32,000 nucleotides of DNA from an uncultured Chloroflexia bacterium (GTDB taxonomy: Bacteria; Chloroflexota; Anaerolineae; Anaerolineales; Anaerolineaceae), in the NCBI GenBank assembly GCA_963704755.1, contig OY969938.1, forward strand, positions 4,170,001-4,202,000, written 5' to 3'. This document shows, one piece after another, positions 15,815 through 23,703 of the stretch; the first letter of the stretch is position 1; every line of letters begins with the position of its first letter. The notes below the pieces were generated by a model. It worked only from the letters and a program-made list of their open reading frames with translations, did not search any database and had not been told where the DNA came from. The position numbers and the translations under genes are program-made.

Positions 15815-17650
15815 ATGAATGCTCCTCACCGCTCGTTCTTTCACCGGCCAGCCCTGGCCAGCGGCGCCAGTTTTTTCGGGGTGCTGGTTGTCGAATATGG
15901 CTTGTGGCGGCTGGCGGGAGGACCGGAACAGCGCGGGTGGGATTTCTGGTTGTTCTGGCTGATTGCCATCCTCCTGGCGGTCACGATTACCGGCTTGACC
16001 CAGGCCTGGTTGAATTCTCGCCTGGTCCGCCAAACCGCTCAACAAGATCTGGCCAAGCAGAAAAAACAGTTCCACGGCTTGGAACAGCGCCTGGACGGGA
16101 TGGTACGGCTGAACCAGTTGGTGATCGATGCCCAATCCGAAAAAGAGCTGGTCGAAAATGCTTTGGAAGTCATCGCCGGGATGACGATGGCCGTGGGCTG
16201 CTCTTTTATGCCCTTCGACGAGTGGGGCCAACCCTTGGGCACCTATACCTACGGCGAATTCCCGGCCCCGGTGCTGCGGGCCTGGGCAGAACACCTGAGC
16301 AATAATGCCGTCCGTAACCGCTGCCGGGTCTGCCAGAAGCTGGAATCGAGGACCGGCGAGGTTTGCCCGCTGCTGGAAATGCCCTTTTCGGACTCGATCC
16401 GGGTATATTGCCTGCCATTGAACCGCGACGAGCGGATCGCGGGTATGCTGAACATCTATTTGCCCTTCGATCATCCCCTGGATGAAGAGTTTTATAAGTT
16501 TTTAGTGGTCCTGCTGCGAGAATTGGTTCTGGCGGTAGAGATGATCCGCCTGCGCGGCAAGGAATTGGCCACTTTACAGCAGCTTCACATGCTGGACAAT
16601 GAAGAAGAGACCTTACAGACCACCATTACCCGCCTGCTGGAAGGCTTGAGCGACGCGCTGGATTTCGAGGCCGCCCGCATCGATTTCAAAACGGCCCCCC
16701 CGCAGTTTCCCGGTTTGCAGGTCATTTACGGAGAACTGCCCTGGCTCAATTCTGCCGAAGCCGACGCGATCATTTCGGATTTGCTCGCCAGCGACTGTCC
16801 CGGCCCGGGATCGCGGGTGTTCAAGCGCCTGGTCAGCGGAGAGCTGCAGACCATTATTGCCCCATGCTGCTTGCCGGAAGGCGGGGTGATCGGGGCGATG
16901 ATCCTGGCAGCCGGCCACCCGGTGGTTTTGCGGGAACGCCAGGTTTCTCTGGTCGAAACAGTAACCGTCCAGGCAGCCGTGCTGGTCGAGAACGTACGCA
17001 AACAGCTTGATCGGGAGTACCGGGTGGTCATTCAGGAACGTGTTCGCCTGGCCAGGGAAATCCACGACAGCCTGGCCCAGACCCTGGCCTACCTCAAGCT
17101 GACCGCCGCGCAGATGCAGAGCCAACTGGCCAACGGCGATTTGACCCGCCTGGAACAATCGATCAACCAGAGCTACAAGGCCCTCTCGGATGCGTACCTG
17201 GAAACCCGCCAGGCGATAGATAATTTGCGCCTGGCCCCGCTCAAGAGCATGGGCACCTGGGTGGATCAGCTTGTCCAGGATTTTCAGACCACCAGCGGGC
17301 TTAAAGCCGCCTCCAGCGTGCCGGATAAATTGCCAGATATCAGCTCGGAAATACAGGCGCAGCTCCTGCGAATCGTCCAGGAGGCGTTGAGTAATGCCCG
17401 CAAGCATGCGCAGGCTTCACAGGTGTGGGTCAACCTGCGCACCTGGAACGGAGACCTGATCCTGGAGATCAGCGATGATGGAATCGGTTTTTCGGCCGAG
17501 GATGTCCCCGAGTTTTCCCGCCATGGACTTCGCGGTATGCGCGAGCGGGCTGAATTGATCGGCGCAGACTTTCAGATCACCAGCCAACCAAACAAAGGGA
17601 CAACCATTCGTTTACAGTTACCCCTGAACATTGAGGAGACACCTGCATGA
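15815..17650 (+). CDS. Sensor histidine kinase (2 TM, coiled coil, GAF-like domains, HisKA_3, HATPase_c)
   Basis: 611 aa. Motifs are the H-box REIHDSLAQTLAYL, EALSNARKHA, DDGIGF and GLRGMRERAELIG. It overlaps the downstream regulator by 4 nt (ATGA). Confidence 0.9.
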   Translation: MNAPHRSFFHRPALASGASFFGVLVVEYGLWRLAGGPEQRGWDFWLFWLIAILLAVTITGLTQAWLNSRLVRQTAQQDLAKQKKQFHGLEQRLDGMVRLNQLVIDAQSEKELVENALEVIAGMTMAVGCSFMPFDEWGQPLGTYTYGEFPAPVLRAWAEHLSNNAVRNRCRVCQKLESRTGEVCPLLEMPFSDSIRVYCLPLNRDERIAGMLNIYLPFDHPLDEEFYKFLVVLLRELVLAVEMIRLRGKELATLQQLHMLDNEEETLQTTITRLLEGLSDALDFEAARIDFKTAPPQFPGLQVIYGELPWLNSAEADAIISDLLASDCPGPGSRVFKRLVSGELQTIIAPCCLPEGGVIGAMILAAGHPVVLRERQVSLVETVTVQAAVLVENVRKQLDREYRVVIQERVRLAREIHDSLAQTLAYLKLTAAQMQSQLANGDLTRLEQSINQSYKALSDAYLETRQAIDNLRLAPLKSMGTWVDQLVQDFQTTSGLKAASSVPDKLPDISSEIQAQLLRIVQEALSNARKHAQASQVWVNLRTWNGDLILEISDDGIGFSAEDVPEFSRHGLRGMRERAELIGADFQITSQPNKGTTIRLQLPLNIEETPA

Positions 17651-18300
17651 CCAGCACACCCATTCATCTGGTAGTTGTCGATGACCACGCATTGTTTCGC
17701 CGCGGATTGATTGGATTGTTGAGCGACTTGCCTGAGTTCGATGTCGTCGGGGAGGCCGCCAATGGGCAGGAAGCGCTGACGGTGATCTATAAATCCAGGC
17801 CGGACGTGGTTTTACTGGATGTAAACATGCCGGAAATGGATGGGATTCAGACGGTCGAAGAACTGCGAAGGAATAATTACTCCGGGCGGATTTTGATGCT
17901 GACCATCTCGGAACACGAGGAAGATTTGCTGGCAGCCATCCGCATGGGCGCAGATGGATATATTTTGAAAAATACCGAGCCGGAAGACCTGCGTAAATCC
18001 ATTTTGCATGTTTTTCAAGGCGAGGGGGTACTTTCACCGGAAGTGACCGGGGCCGTGCTGCGCGCATTGGCCCATCAAGGCGAGGCGTCTAACCAGGTCC
18101 CGCTGAGCGACCGGGAGCTGGAGGTGCTGGATTGCCTGGCCACCGGGCAGACCACCAACCAGATCGCCATGCATCTGTTTATTTCTGAAAACACGGTGAA
18201 GACCCACGTCAGGCATATTCTGGAGAAGCTGGAAGCCTCGAACCGCACCGAGGCGGTCAGCAAGGGCTTGCAATTGGGGCTGATTCAAAAGAAGGATTAG
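17647..18300 (+). CDS. NarL/FixJ-family response regulator (REC + LuxR HTH)
   Basis: 217 aa with VVVDDHALFRRGL, DVVLLDVNMPEMDG, LSDRELEVLDCLATGQTTNQIAMHLFISENTVKTHVRHILEKL. Confidence 0.9.
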   Translation: MTSTPIHLVVVDDHALFRRGLIGLLSDLPEFDVVGEAANGQEALTVIYKSRPDVVLLDVNMPEMDGIQTVEELRRNNYSGRILMLTISEHEEDLLAAIRMGADGYILKNTEPEDLRKSILHVFQGEGVLSPEVTGAVLRALAHQGEASNQVPLSDRELEVLDCLATGQTTNQIAMHLFISENTVKTHVRHILEKLEASNRTEAVSKGLQLGLIQKKD

Positions 18301-18303
18301 GAT

Positions 18304-18358
18304 GTAGATATTTTATCGAACCGAAGGTTAAACCCATCCGGTTCGATAAGATATCTAC
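18304..18358. repeat. Long palindrome (20-bp stem with one G-T pair, 15-nt loop) directly after the regulator stop
   Basis: GTAGATATTTTATCGAACCG...CGGTTCGATAAGATATCTAC, read directly. Confidence 0.7.
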
Positions 18359-18370
18359 TTTAATCCAGCG

Positions 18371-18404
18371 AAAGCGGGTGATTTCCAAATCACCCGCTTT
18401 TAAA
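18371..18404 (+). terminator. Rho-independent terminator (13-bp stem AAAGCGGGTGATT, loop TCCA, T-rich tail)
   Basis: Read directly. It follows the kinase/regulator pair. Confidence 0.7.
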
Positions 18405-18474
18405 GTTTAATTAACCTAAAAAAGAGGGGAAAAATATCGCAATTAAGACAAAATTTGTGTAAATTTAAATAGCT

Positions 18475-18831
18475 ATGGAAAGTATGGAGAAACCACAATA
18501 CCGGCGGGTGTTGATCGCCTCGGCCAACCCATTATTCGGTAAAGGGCTGGAGAAGCTGATCCAGCGCCAGGGGTCGACCACCGAAGTTCAGATCCGGCTG
18601 GTGCGTGCAACCGTGGAACTGCTGCACGAAATGGAAACCTGGCGGCCGGACCTGGTTTTTGTCGATTACGACGACAAATCTATTTCGCGGGTGGATTTCT
18701 TGCAGAAGTTCGTCGACAGCGACTATCCCGCCCAGGTGATGCTGGTCTCGCTTCACGCCGATGGTGTGGTGGTGTACGACCGCAAAACAATGACCCCCGC
18801 TCAGGTAGGCGACTGGCTGAACCTGCCTTGA
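18475..18831 (+). CDS. Receiver-like (pseudo-receiver) domain protein
   Basis: 118 aa. RVLIASANPLFGKGLEKLI aligns by eye with NarL-type ILIVDDHPLFREGL but has SA in place of the acidic DD pair. PDLVFVDYDD retains the beta-3 Asp. There is no output domain. Confidence 0.6.
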   Translation: MESMEKPQYRRVLIASANPLFGKGLEKLIQRQGSTTEVQIRLVRATVELLHEMETWRPDLVFVDYDDKSISRVDFLQKFVDSDYPAQVMLVSLHADGVVVYDRKTMTPAQVGDWLNLP

Positions 18832-18859
18832 GCCGCTCGCTGGATGTGGGCCAGAGAGG

Positions 18860-19465
18860 ATGCTAATGCAGCACAAAATTCTTGTGGGCTTGATTGGTGT
18901 ACTGGCCGGATTGATCCTGGTGTGGGGTGTGGCTACCTTGCGGCCCTACCAGTTGAAGGGATCGCCGATCAACCCGCCCGTGTCCGCACCGCCGATTCGC
19001 CTGGCGCGCGCGGATGGGAGTCAATACGATTCCAGCCAACAGGCCGGCCATATCCAGGTGGTTTTTTTCGGCTATACCTATTGCCCCGATATCTGCCCCA
19101 CCACGCTGGCTAATTTCAAGACAGTCAAGTCCGACCTGGGGTCATTGGCCCAATACGTCAACTTTGTGTTTATCTCCGTCGATCCGCAGCGGGATACCCC
19201 GCAGAAGATCCAGGATTATGCAGCCGGTTTCGACCCGGCTTTTATCGGTCTGTCCGGCAGCGAGGCGGATTTATCCCCGGTTTGGCAGGAGTACGGCGTC
19301 TATCGCGAGATCGACACCAGCCAGAGCACCACCAATTACACAGTCAACCATTCGACGGTGACTTATCTGATCGATCGGCATGGGGATCTGCGCCTGACTT
19401 ATGCCTACGGCACCAACCCGGCCGATATCGCGAATGACATCAGCTACTTGCTCAAGGAGCAATAA
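18860..19465 (+). CDS. SCO1/SenC-family copper chaperone (thioredoxin fold)
   Basis: 201 aa. It has a TM anchor, FFGYTYCPDICPTTL (the CxxxC copper site) and a conserved downstream His (VNHST). ATG 18866 may be the true start, because GAGAGG lies 6 nt upstream of it. Confidence 0.9.
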   Translation: MLMQHKILVGLIGVLAGLILVWGVATLRPYQLKGSPINPPVSAPPIRLARADGSQYDSSQQAGHIQVVFFGYTYCPDICPTTLANFKTVKSDLGSLAQYVNFVFISVDPQRDTPQKIQDYAAGFDPAFIGLSGSEADLSPVWQEYGVYREIDTSQSTTNYTVNHSTVTYLIDRHGDLRLTYAYGTNPADIANDISYLLKEQ

Positions 19466-19483
19466 AGAAAATCATGTTCTGCC

Positions 19484-19583
19484 GAAACTACTCAGCTACT
19501 GTGAAAGAGGGGGTATTTTTTTCGCGCGCGAATCGCGTGAAAAAAATTGCCCTCCAAATTTCAGAACCAGCCTGAGGATTAAC
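19484..19583. mobile_element. MITE-like element, copy H (100 bp) carrying a different central hairpin
   Basis: The left end GAAACTACTCAGCTACTGTGAAAGA matches copy B's GTAACTGCTCAGCCCAACTGTGAAAGA. The right end AGCCTGAGGATTAAC matches AGCCTGAGTAGTTAC at 12/15. The centre is ATTTTTTTCGCGCG-CGAAT-CGCGTGAAAAAAAT. The flanking 8-mers GTTCTGCC and GTTTTGGC match 6/8. Confidence 0.6.
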
Positions 19584-19615
19584 GTTTTGGCCGCCACGCA
19601 AGAAGAGAATCAACT

Positions 19616-20437
19616 TTGAAAAAATTTTTTACTTTGCGTTGGATTTTAACGACTTTACTGGTACTGGCTGCCGTGGCGGTGTTGATCCGCCTGGGTTTCT
19701 GGCAGTTGGATCGCCTGGCGCAGCGGCGGGCGTTCAATGCCTCGACGACCGCGCAAATGAATGCCCCGGCCCTGGATCTGAACCAGTCCCAGCCGGTGGA
19801 CCAGTTGAGCGGAATGGAATACCGGTCGGTCAAAGTCACGGGCGAATATGATTTCAGCCAGCAAATTCTGCTGCGTAACCAGACCTGGCAGGACCAGATC
19901 GGCTATTGGGTGCTGACTCCCCTGAAAATCGACGGCACATCACAGGCAGTCCTGGTGGACCGCGGCTGGATCCCTTATGACCAGGCCGATCCGGCCAAAC
20001 TGGCCCAATACCAGGAACCGGGTAAGGTGACGGTCGAGGGCATGATCCGCCAGGCGCAATTGAAGCCGGTCTTTGGGCAGGTGACCGACCCGACCCTGGC
20101 CCCAGGCCAAACCCGCCTGGACACCTGGAACATTGTCGATATACCTCGTATCCAGAGCCAGACCAGCCTGACCTTGCTGCCGGTCTGGATCCAGGAAGCG
20201 CCTGACCCGGCCTGGACCGGGCTGCCTTACCGGGCACTGCCGGTCATCGAGATCAGTGAAGGACCGCACTTAAGTTATGCTATCCAATGGTTCAGCTTTG
20301 CAGCGATCCTGGTGTTGGGTTATCCCTTTTACGTGCGCGGCCGGATCAATGGAAAGCCGCGTAAAAAGAAACGAAAGCTTGATCAAGCGGTAGCGCAGGA
20401 GAATCCGGCTCGAGGCGAGCATTTTTCAGCGCATTGA
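19616..20437 (+). CDS. SURF1-family cytochrome oxidase assembly protein
   Basis: 273 aa. It has an N-terminal TM helix followed by RLGFWQLDRLAQRRAFNA, VLVDRGWIP, and a C-terminal TM with HLSYAIQWFSFA. The start is TTG. Confidence 0.85.
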   Translation: MKKFFTLRWILTTLLVLAAVAVLIRLGFWQLDRLAQRRAFNASTTAQMNAPALDLNQSQPVDQLSGMEYRSVKVTGEYDFSQQILLRNQTWQDQIGYWVLTPLKIDGTSQAVLVDRGWIPYDQADPAKLAQYQEPGKVTVEGMIRQAQLKPVFGQVTDPTLAPGQTRLDTWNIVDIPRIQSQTSLTLLPVWIQEAPDPAWTGLPYRALPVIEISEGPHLSYAIQWFSFAAILVLGYPFYVRGRINGKPRKKKRKLDQAVAQENPARGEHFSAH

Positions 20438-22320
20438 AACGTCAGAGAGGACCTATGGAACCCTTAGAAGAAAGCTCCGTAGAAAACGAAGAAGGAATCC
20501 CGGCAGTACACGCCCGTAAAGCGCCGCCTTTCCGGTTTGAATTTTGCCATTTTATCCTGGCAGGCGCTTTAGTCACATTTATCCTGGTGCTGCTGGGCTA
20601 CGTGCTGCGATTCAACCCGACCGGTCTGGCCTGCCCGGATTGGCCCACCTGTTACGGCCAACTGGTATTCCCCGATGAGCTGGCGGCCCGCCTGGAGATG
20701 CTCCACCGCATCACGGCCGGGCTGGCGGTCCTTTTAGTCCTGGCCGGCTGGATTTGGGCCGGACGGCGGTCAGGGACCGGACGGCTGGTCAAGTACAGCC
20801 TCGGCGCAGCGACCCTGCTGATGGTCATCCAGGGCTTCCTGGGCCGGGGATTGATCCTGCCGGGCGCCAGCCGCTTGCTGGAGCCGGTTCACCTGGCCCT
20901 GGCGCTGCTTTCGCTATCTTTAACTGCGGTCGCCAGTGTTACGGCATTTTACGAGGCTGCCGGTCAGCCTGCCCGGCGAGACGGCTTTTTTGTCACCCGG
21001 TTTTCGTATCTGGCCGGGCTGGCCGCCGCGGGCGTGTTCGTTTTGATGATCTCCGGCGCGCTGGTGAGCAATTTCAACGCCGGGGCGGCTTGCAGCGGCT
21101 TTCCGCTTTGCGCAGGCGGGTTGCCGGCGGGCGGGCTGGCCTGGCTGGCCTTTGCACACCGCCTGGTGACCCTGGCAGTTACTTTTGTGGTGGCGATTGT
21201 GGTCATCCGCGCCTGGCGCTACCATTATGGCGAGCCGGTTTTATTGTCGGCGGCAACGGCGGTGGGTGTTTTGTTTGCCGGGCAGGTCTTGATCGGCGCG
21301 CTCAAGGTAGAGCGGGGTTTTCCGTTGGACCTGGTCGGGCTGCATGCCGCGCTGACCTCGGCCTTGTGGGCGGCCCTGGTGATCCTGGCGATTTCGGCCG
21401 GAATTGCTCAGGAACCCAATGCGGCCGAAATGGCAGTTTTGTCGGCCAATCGCGCCGGCGGATGGCAGCGGGTCAAGGCGTTCTATAACCTGAATAAGCC
21501 GATCATTGTGGCTTTGCTGCTGGTGACCACCTACGCCGGAATGGTCGTGGGGGCCAAACGGCTCCCCAGCCTGAGCCTGACCCTTTGGACGCTCTTGGGT
21601 GGAGCGCTGGCGGCGGGCGGGTCGAGCGCGCTCAACCAGTACATCGACCGGGCCGCGGATGGGCATATGCAGCGCACCTCCAAACGGCCGCTTCCGGCCG
21701 GGGTGCTCACCCCGGCGGAAGGGCTGGCGTATGGTATCGCGGCCTGCCTGGCGGCTTTCTTCCTCCTGGCCGGGTTCGTCAATTTGCTGGCGGCCGTACT
21801 TTCGGTGGCCGGGATGGTCTATTACGTATTGGTGTACAGCATCTGGCTGAAATACGCCACCGTACAGAATATTGTGATCGGCGGCGGAGCCGGAGCCATA
21901 CCCCCGCTGGTCGGCTGGGCCGCTGCAACCGGCAGCCTGAACGTACCCTCGCTGTTCCTGTTCGCGCTGGTTTTTATGTGGACACCGCCCCATTTTTGGG
22001 CGTTGGCGCTGGTCCGCCGCAAGGATTACGCCCGCGCCGGGGTCCCGATGCTGCCGGTGGTCAAGGGCGAACACGAAACCCGGGTGCAAATCTTTATTTA
22101 CACCCTGGAACTGGTCGCTTTGACCCTGCTCATGCCAGTTTTCAAGATCGGCGGCAGTTTCTACCTGGTTTCAGCGGCAGTGTTGGGATTGTGGATCATT
22201 TATTCGGCCTGGCGGGTACTGCGAACGCCGGGCAACAAGGTCGCCTGGCAGATGTACCGCTACTCGAGCATGTACCTGGCCTTTATCTTCCTGGCGCTGG
22301 TGATCGATGCCCTGATTTGA
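20434..22320 (+). CDS. ctaA/ctaB: Fused heme A synthase (CtaA/COX15) and protoheme IX farnesyltransferase (CtaB/COX10, heme O synthase)
   Basis: The N-terminal half has CPDWPTCYG and ACSGFPLC Cys pairs plus four His-bearing helices (MLHRITAG, EPVHLALA, FAHRLVTL, GLHAALTS). The C-terminal half has LNKPIIVALL, ALNQYIDRAADGHMQRTSKRPLPAG, IGGGAGAIPPLVGWAA and WTPPHFWALAL..RKDYARAGVPMLPVV. The probable true start is ATG 20455, with GAGAGG 5 nt upstream. Confidence 0.9.
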   Translation: MKRQRGPMEPLEESSVENEEGIPAVHARKAPPFRFEFCHFILAGALVTFILVLLGYVLRFNPTGLACPDWPTCYGQLVFPDELAARLEMLHRITAGLAVLLVLAGWIWAGRRSGTGRLVKYSLGAATLLMVIQGFLGRGLILPGASRLLEPVHLALALLSLSLTAVASVTAFYEAAGQPARRDGFFVTRFSYLAGLAAAGVFVLMISGALVSNFNAGAACSGFPLCAGGLPAGGLAWLAFAHRLVTLAVTFVVAIVVIRAWRYHYGEPVLLSAATAVGVLFAGQVLIGALKVERGFPLDLVGLHAALTSALWAALVILAISAGIAQEPNAAEMAVLSANRAGGWQRVKAFYNLNKPIIVALLLVTTYAGMVVGAKRLPSLSLTLWTLLGGALAAGGSSALNQYIDRAADGHMQRTSKRPLPAGVLTPAEGLAYGIAACLAAFFLLAGFVNLLAAVLSVAGMVYYVLVYSIWLKYATVQNIVIGGGAGAIPPLVGWAAATGSLNVPSLFLFALVFMWTPPHFWALALVRRKDYARAGVPMLPVVKGEHETRVQIFIYTLELVALTLLMPVFKIGGSFYLVSAAVLGLWIIYSAWRVLRTPGNKVAWQMYRYSSMYLAFIFLALVIDALI

Positions 22321-22338
22321 TGAGCTTGCGTAACAAAG

Positions 22339-22373
22339 GAGCCGTCCCGCAACAATTTCGGACGGCTCTTTTA
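22339..22373 (+). terminator. Rho-independent terminator after ctaA/ctaB
   Basis: GAGCCGTCC-12 nt-GGACGGCTC is followed by TTTT, 19 nt after the stop. Confidence 0.7.
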
Positions 22374-22386
22374 CTGCATATTTTGT

Positions 22387-22434
22387 TTTATTGTTTTCGA
22401 AACCGGCATATATGCCGGTTTCGAAAACAATAAA
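22387..22434. repeat. Perfect 48-bp palindrome (24-nt arms)
   Basis: I checked TTTATTGTTTTCGAAACCGGCATA|TATGCCGGTTTCGAAAACAATAAA base by base. It lies between convergent ctaA/ctaB and rsfS. Confidence 0.85.
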
Positions 22435-22464
22435 TTTTATTTCAGGCAGGCTCGAGCTGACCCG

Positions 22465-22770
22465 TCACTGCAAGCGCAGCAGCACCTTGCCTTCACTCCA
22501 CAACTCTTCCAGGCGATAATAATCGCGCTGCTCGGGGGAGAAGAGGTGAACGATTACGTCGCCCAAGTCACACAAGACCCAGCCGGCCTCTGAGTTCCCC
22601 TCTTTGCGGCCGTTGATTTGAAACGACTTCTTAGCGGTTTCCAGGGCGACATCGGCCAGGCTGTCGAGCATGCGGGCACTGGTGCCCGAACAAATGATAA
22701 AGTAATCGGCGAAGGAGGATTGTTTTTGAATGTCAATGAGAAAAATTTTCTCGCCTTTTTTCTCTTCCAA
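22465..22770 (-). CDS. rsfS: Ribosomal silencing factor RsfS (Iojap family)
   Basis: Motifs are KKGEKIFLIDIQKQSSFADYFIICSGTSARM, GWVLCDLGDVIVHLFSPEQRDYYRLEELW. The track start TTG 22770 removes the usual first helix. The frame is open up to 22812 (NLNPIEVARGIVNAL), so the true start may be non-canonical (CTG 22809). Confidence 0.85.
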   Translation of the reverse strand: MEEKKGEKIFLIDIQKQSSFADYFIICSGTSARMLDSLADVALETAKKSFQINGRKEGNSEAGWVLCDLGDVIVHLFSPEQRDYYRLEELWSEGKVLLRLQ

Positions 22771-22958
22771 AGCATTAACGATACCGCGGGCTACTTCAAT
22801 TGGATTCAGGTTTCACCTCAAAAAGATAGATTTGGATACCGGGTCCAGCGGCCCGGCCAGAGAAAATTTTAACATATTTTCTGTTCGGGCAGGTAAACTT
22901 GCACCCGGCTTAGGGGTAAAGAAGTTTCACCGCAGAGTACGCTGAGAAGAAATTTTAT

Positions 22959-23021
22959 AAAGAGCTAATTTGAGGTGTTTGCGGAGGCTTCCCCTCCGCA
23001 AACACCTCAAATTAGCTCTTT
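22959..23021. repeat. Stand-alone copy (C) of the MITE central hairpin: perfect 29-bp stem, loop CTTCC
   Basis: AAAGAGCTAATTTGAGGTGTTTGCGGAGG-CTTCC-CCTCCGCAAACACCTCAAATTAGCTCTTT. Its core is near-identical to the copy B hairpin. No GTAAC termini are present. The right arm overlaps the last codons and the stop of thpR. Confidence 0.85.
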
Positions 23022-23599
23022 TTTAAGGATATCTCGGCCAGGCGGGTGTAGATGGGGCCGTTGGGGCGCAGGTCGCTGCGGAAGAGGGTGATACCGCCCG
23101 CGTTGAACTCACCCAGCAGGCCAACCTGGACCTGCCCCAGGGCGGCCGCTATCCGGGCAACTTCCTCGCCGCGGGCCGACTGCTGCACCCGGCCCAGGGT
23201 CAGGTGGGGCGAAAATCCGCGCGCTTCCGGCTGGAACCCGGCCTGGGCCGCCTGAGCCTCTACCAGGCGGTACAGCCCTTCCAGGGCCGGCGGGGCTTGC
23301 AGCCCGGTCCAAACCACCCGCGGGCGGCGGAGGTTGGGGAAGGCCCCCAGGCCGGTCACCTGGATCGGGAAGGGGACCACGGATTGTAGGGCCGGTTTTA
23401 GCCCGGCGACGAGCCTGTTCAAGCTCTGCGGAGCCGCATCGCCCAGGAATTTGAGCGTCAGGTGGGTGTTTTCAGTGGCTACCCAGCGGATACCGCTCAA
23501 GCGCAGGGCCTGCAGGCGTTGGGTCAACCCGGCAAGCTGCTGCCGGATGGGTTCCGGGAGTTCGATGGCGACGAAGGCGCGGATCAGGTTAGGGGGCAT
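23012..23599 (-). CDS. thpR: RNA 2',3'-cyclic phosphodiesterase (ThpR/LigT, 2H phosphoesterase)
   Basis: 195 aa with the two H-x-T-x motifs, HLTLKFLG and HLTLGRV. Confidence 0.9.
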   Translation of the reverse strand: MPPNLIRAFVAIELPEPIRQQLAGLTQRLQALRLSGIRWVATENTHLTLKFLGDAAPQSLNRLVAGLKPALQSVVPFPIQVTGLGAFPNLRRPRVVWTGLQAPPALEGLYRLVEAQAAQAGFQPEARGFSPHLTLGRVQQSARGEEVARIAAALGQVQVGLLGEFNAGGITLFRSDLRPNGPIYTRLAEISLKKS

Positions 23600-23703
23600 G
23601 ATGAGGCAGTATAACGAGGGCTATAGGTGCTGTCAAGCGGGGAACTGGAGGAAAAAGAGGTTAACCACGGAGTCACGGAGGTCACGGAGAAGAGAAGAAG
23701 AGA

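Noticed and set aside
18336-18350. GGTTCGAT, which resembles a tRNA T-arm.
   Set aside because: It is the right arm of the 18304-18358 palindrome. There is no acceptor stem, anticodon arm or D-arm around it, and I found no tRNA-like cloverleaf anywhere in the window.
22770-22822. Possible frameshift or element remnant at the rsfS 5' end. GTG 22816 with GAGG upstream lies in another frame (MKPESN*), and the 9-mer TTTGAGGTG equals the start of the MITE hairpin arm.
   Set aside because: A single 9-mer match is expected by chance at about this window size. The N-terminus can be explained by a non-canonical CTG or TTG start. This cannot be resolved without ortholog alignment or reads.
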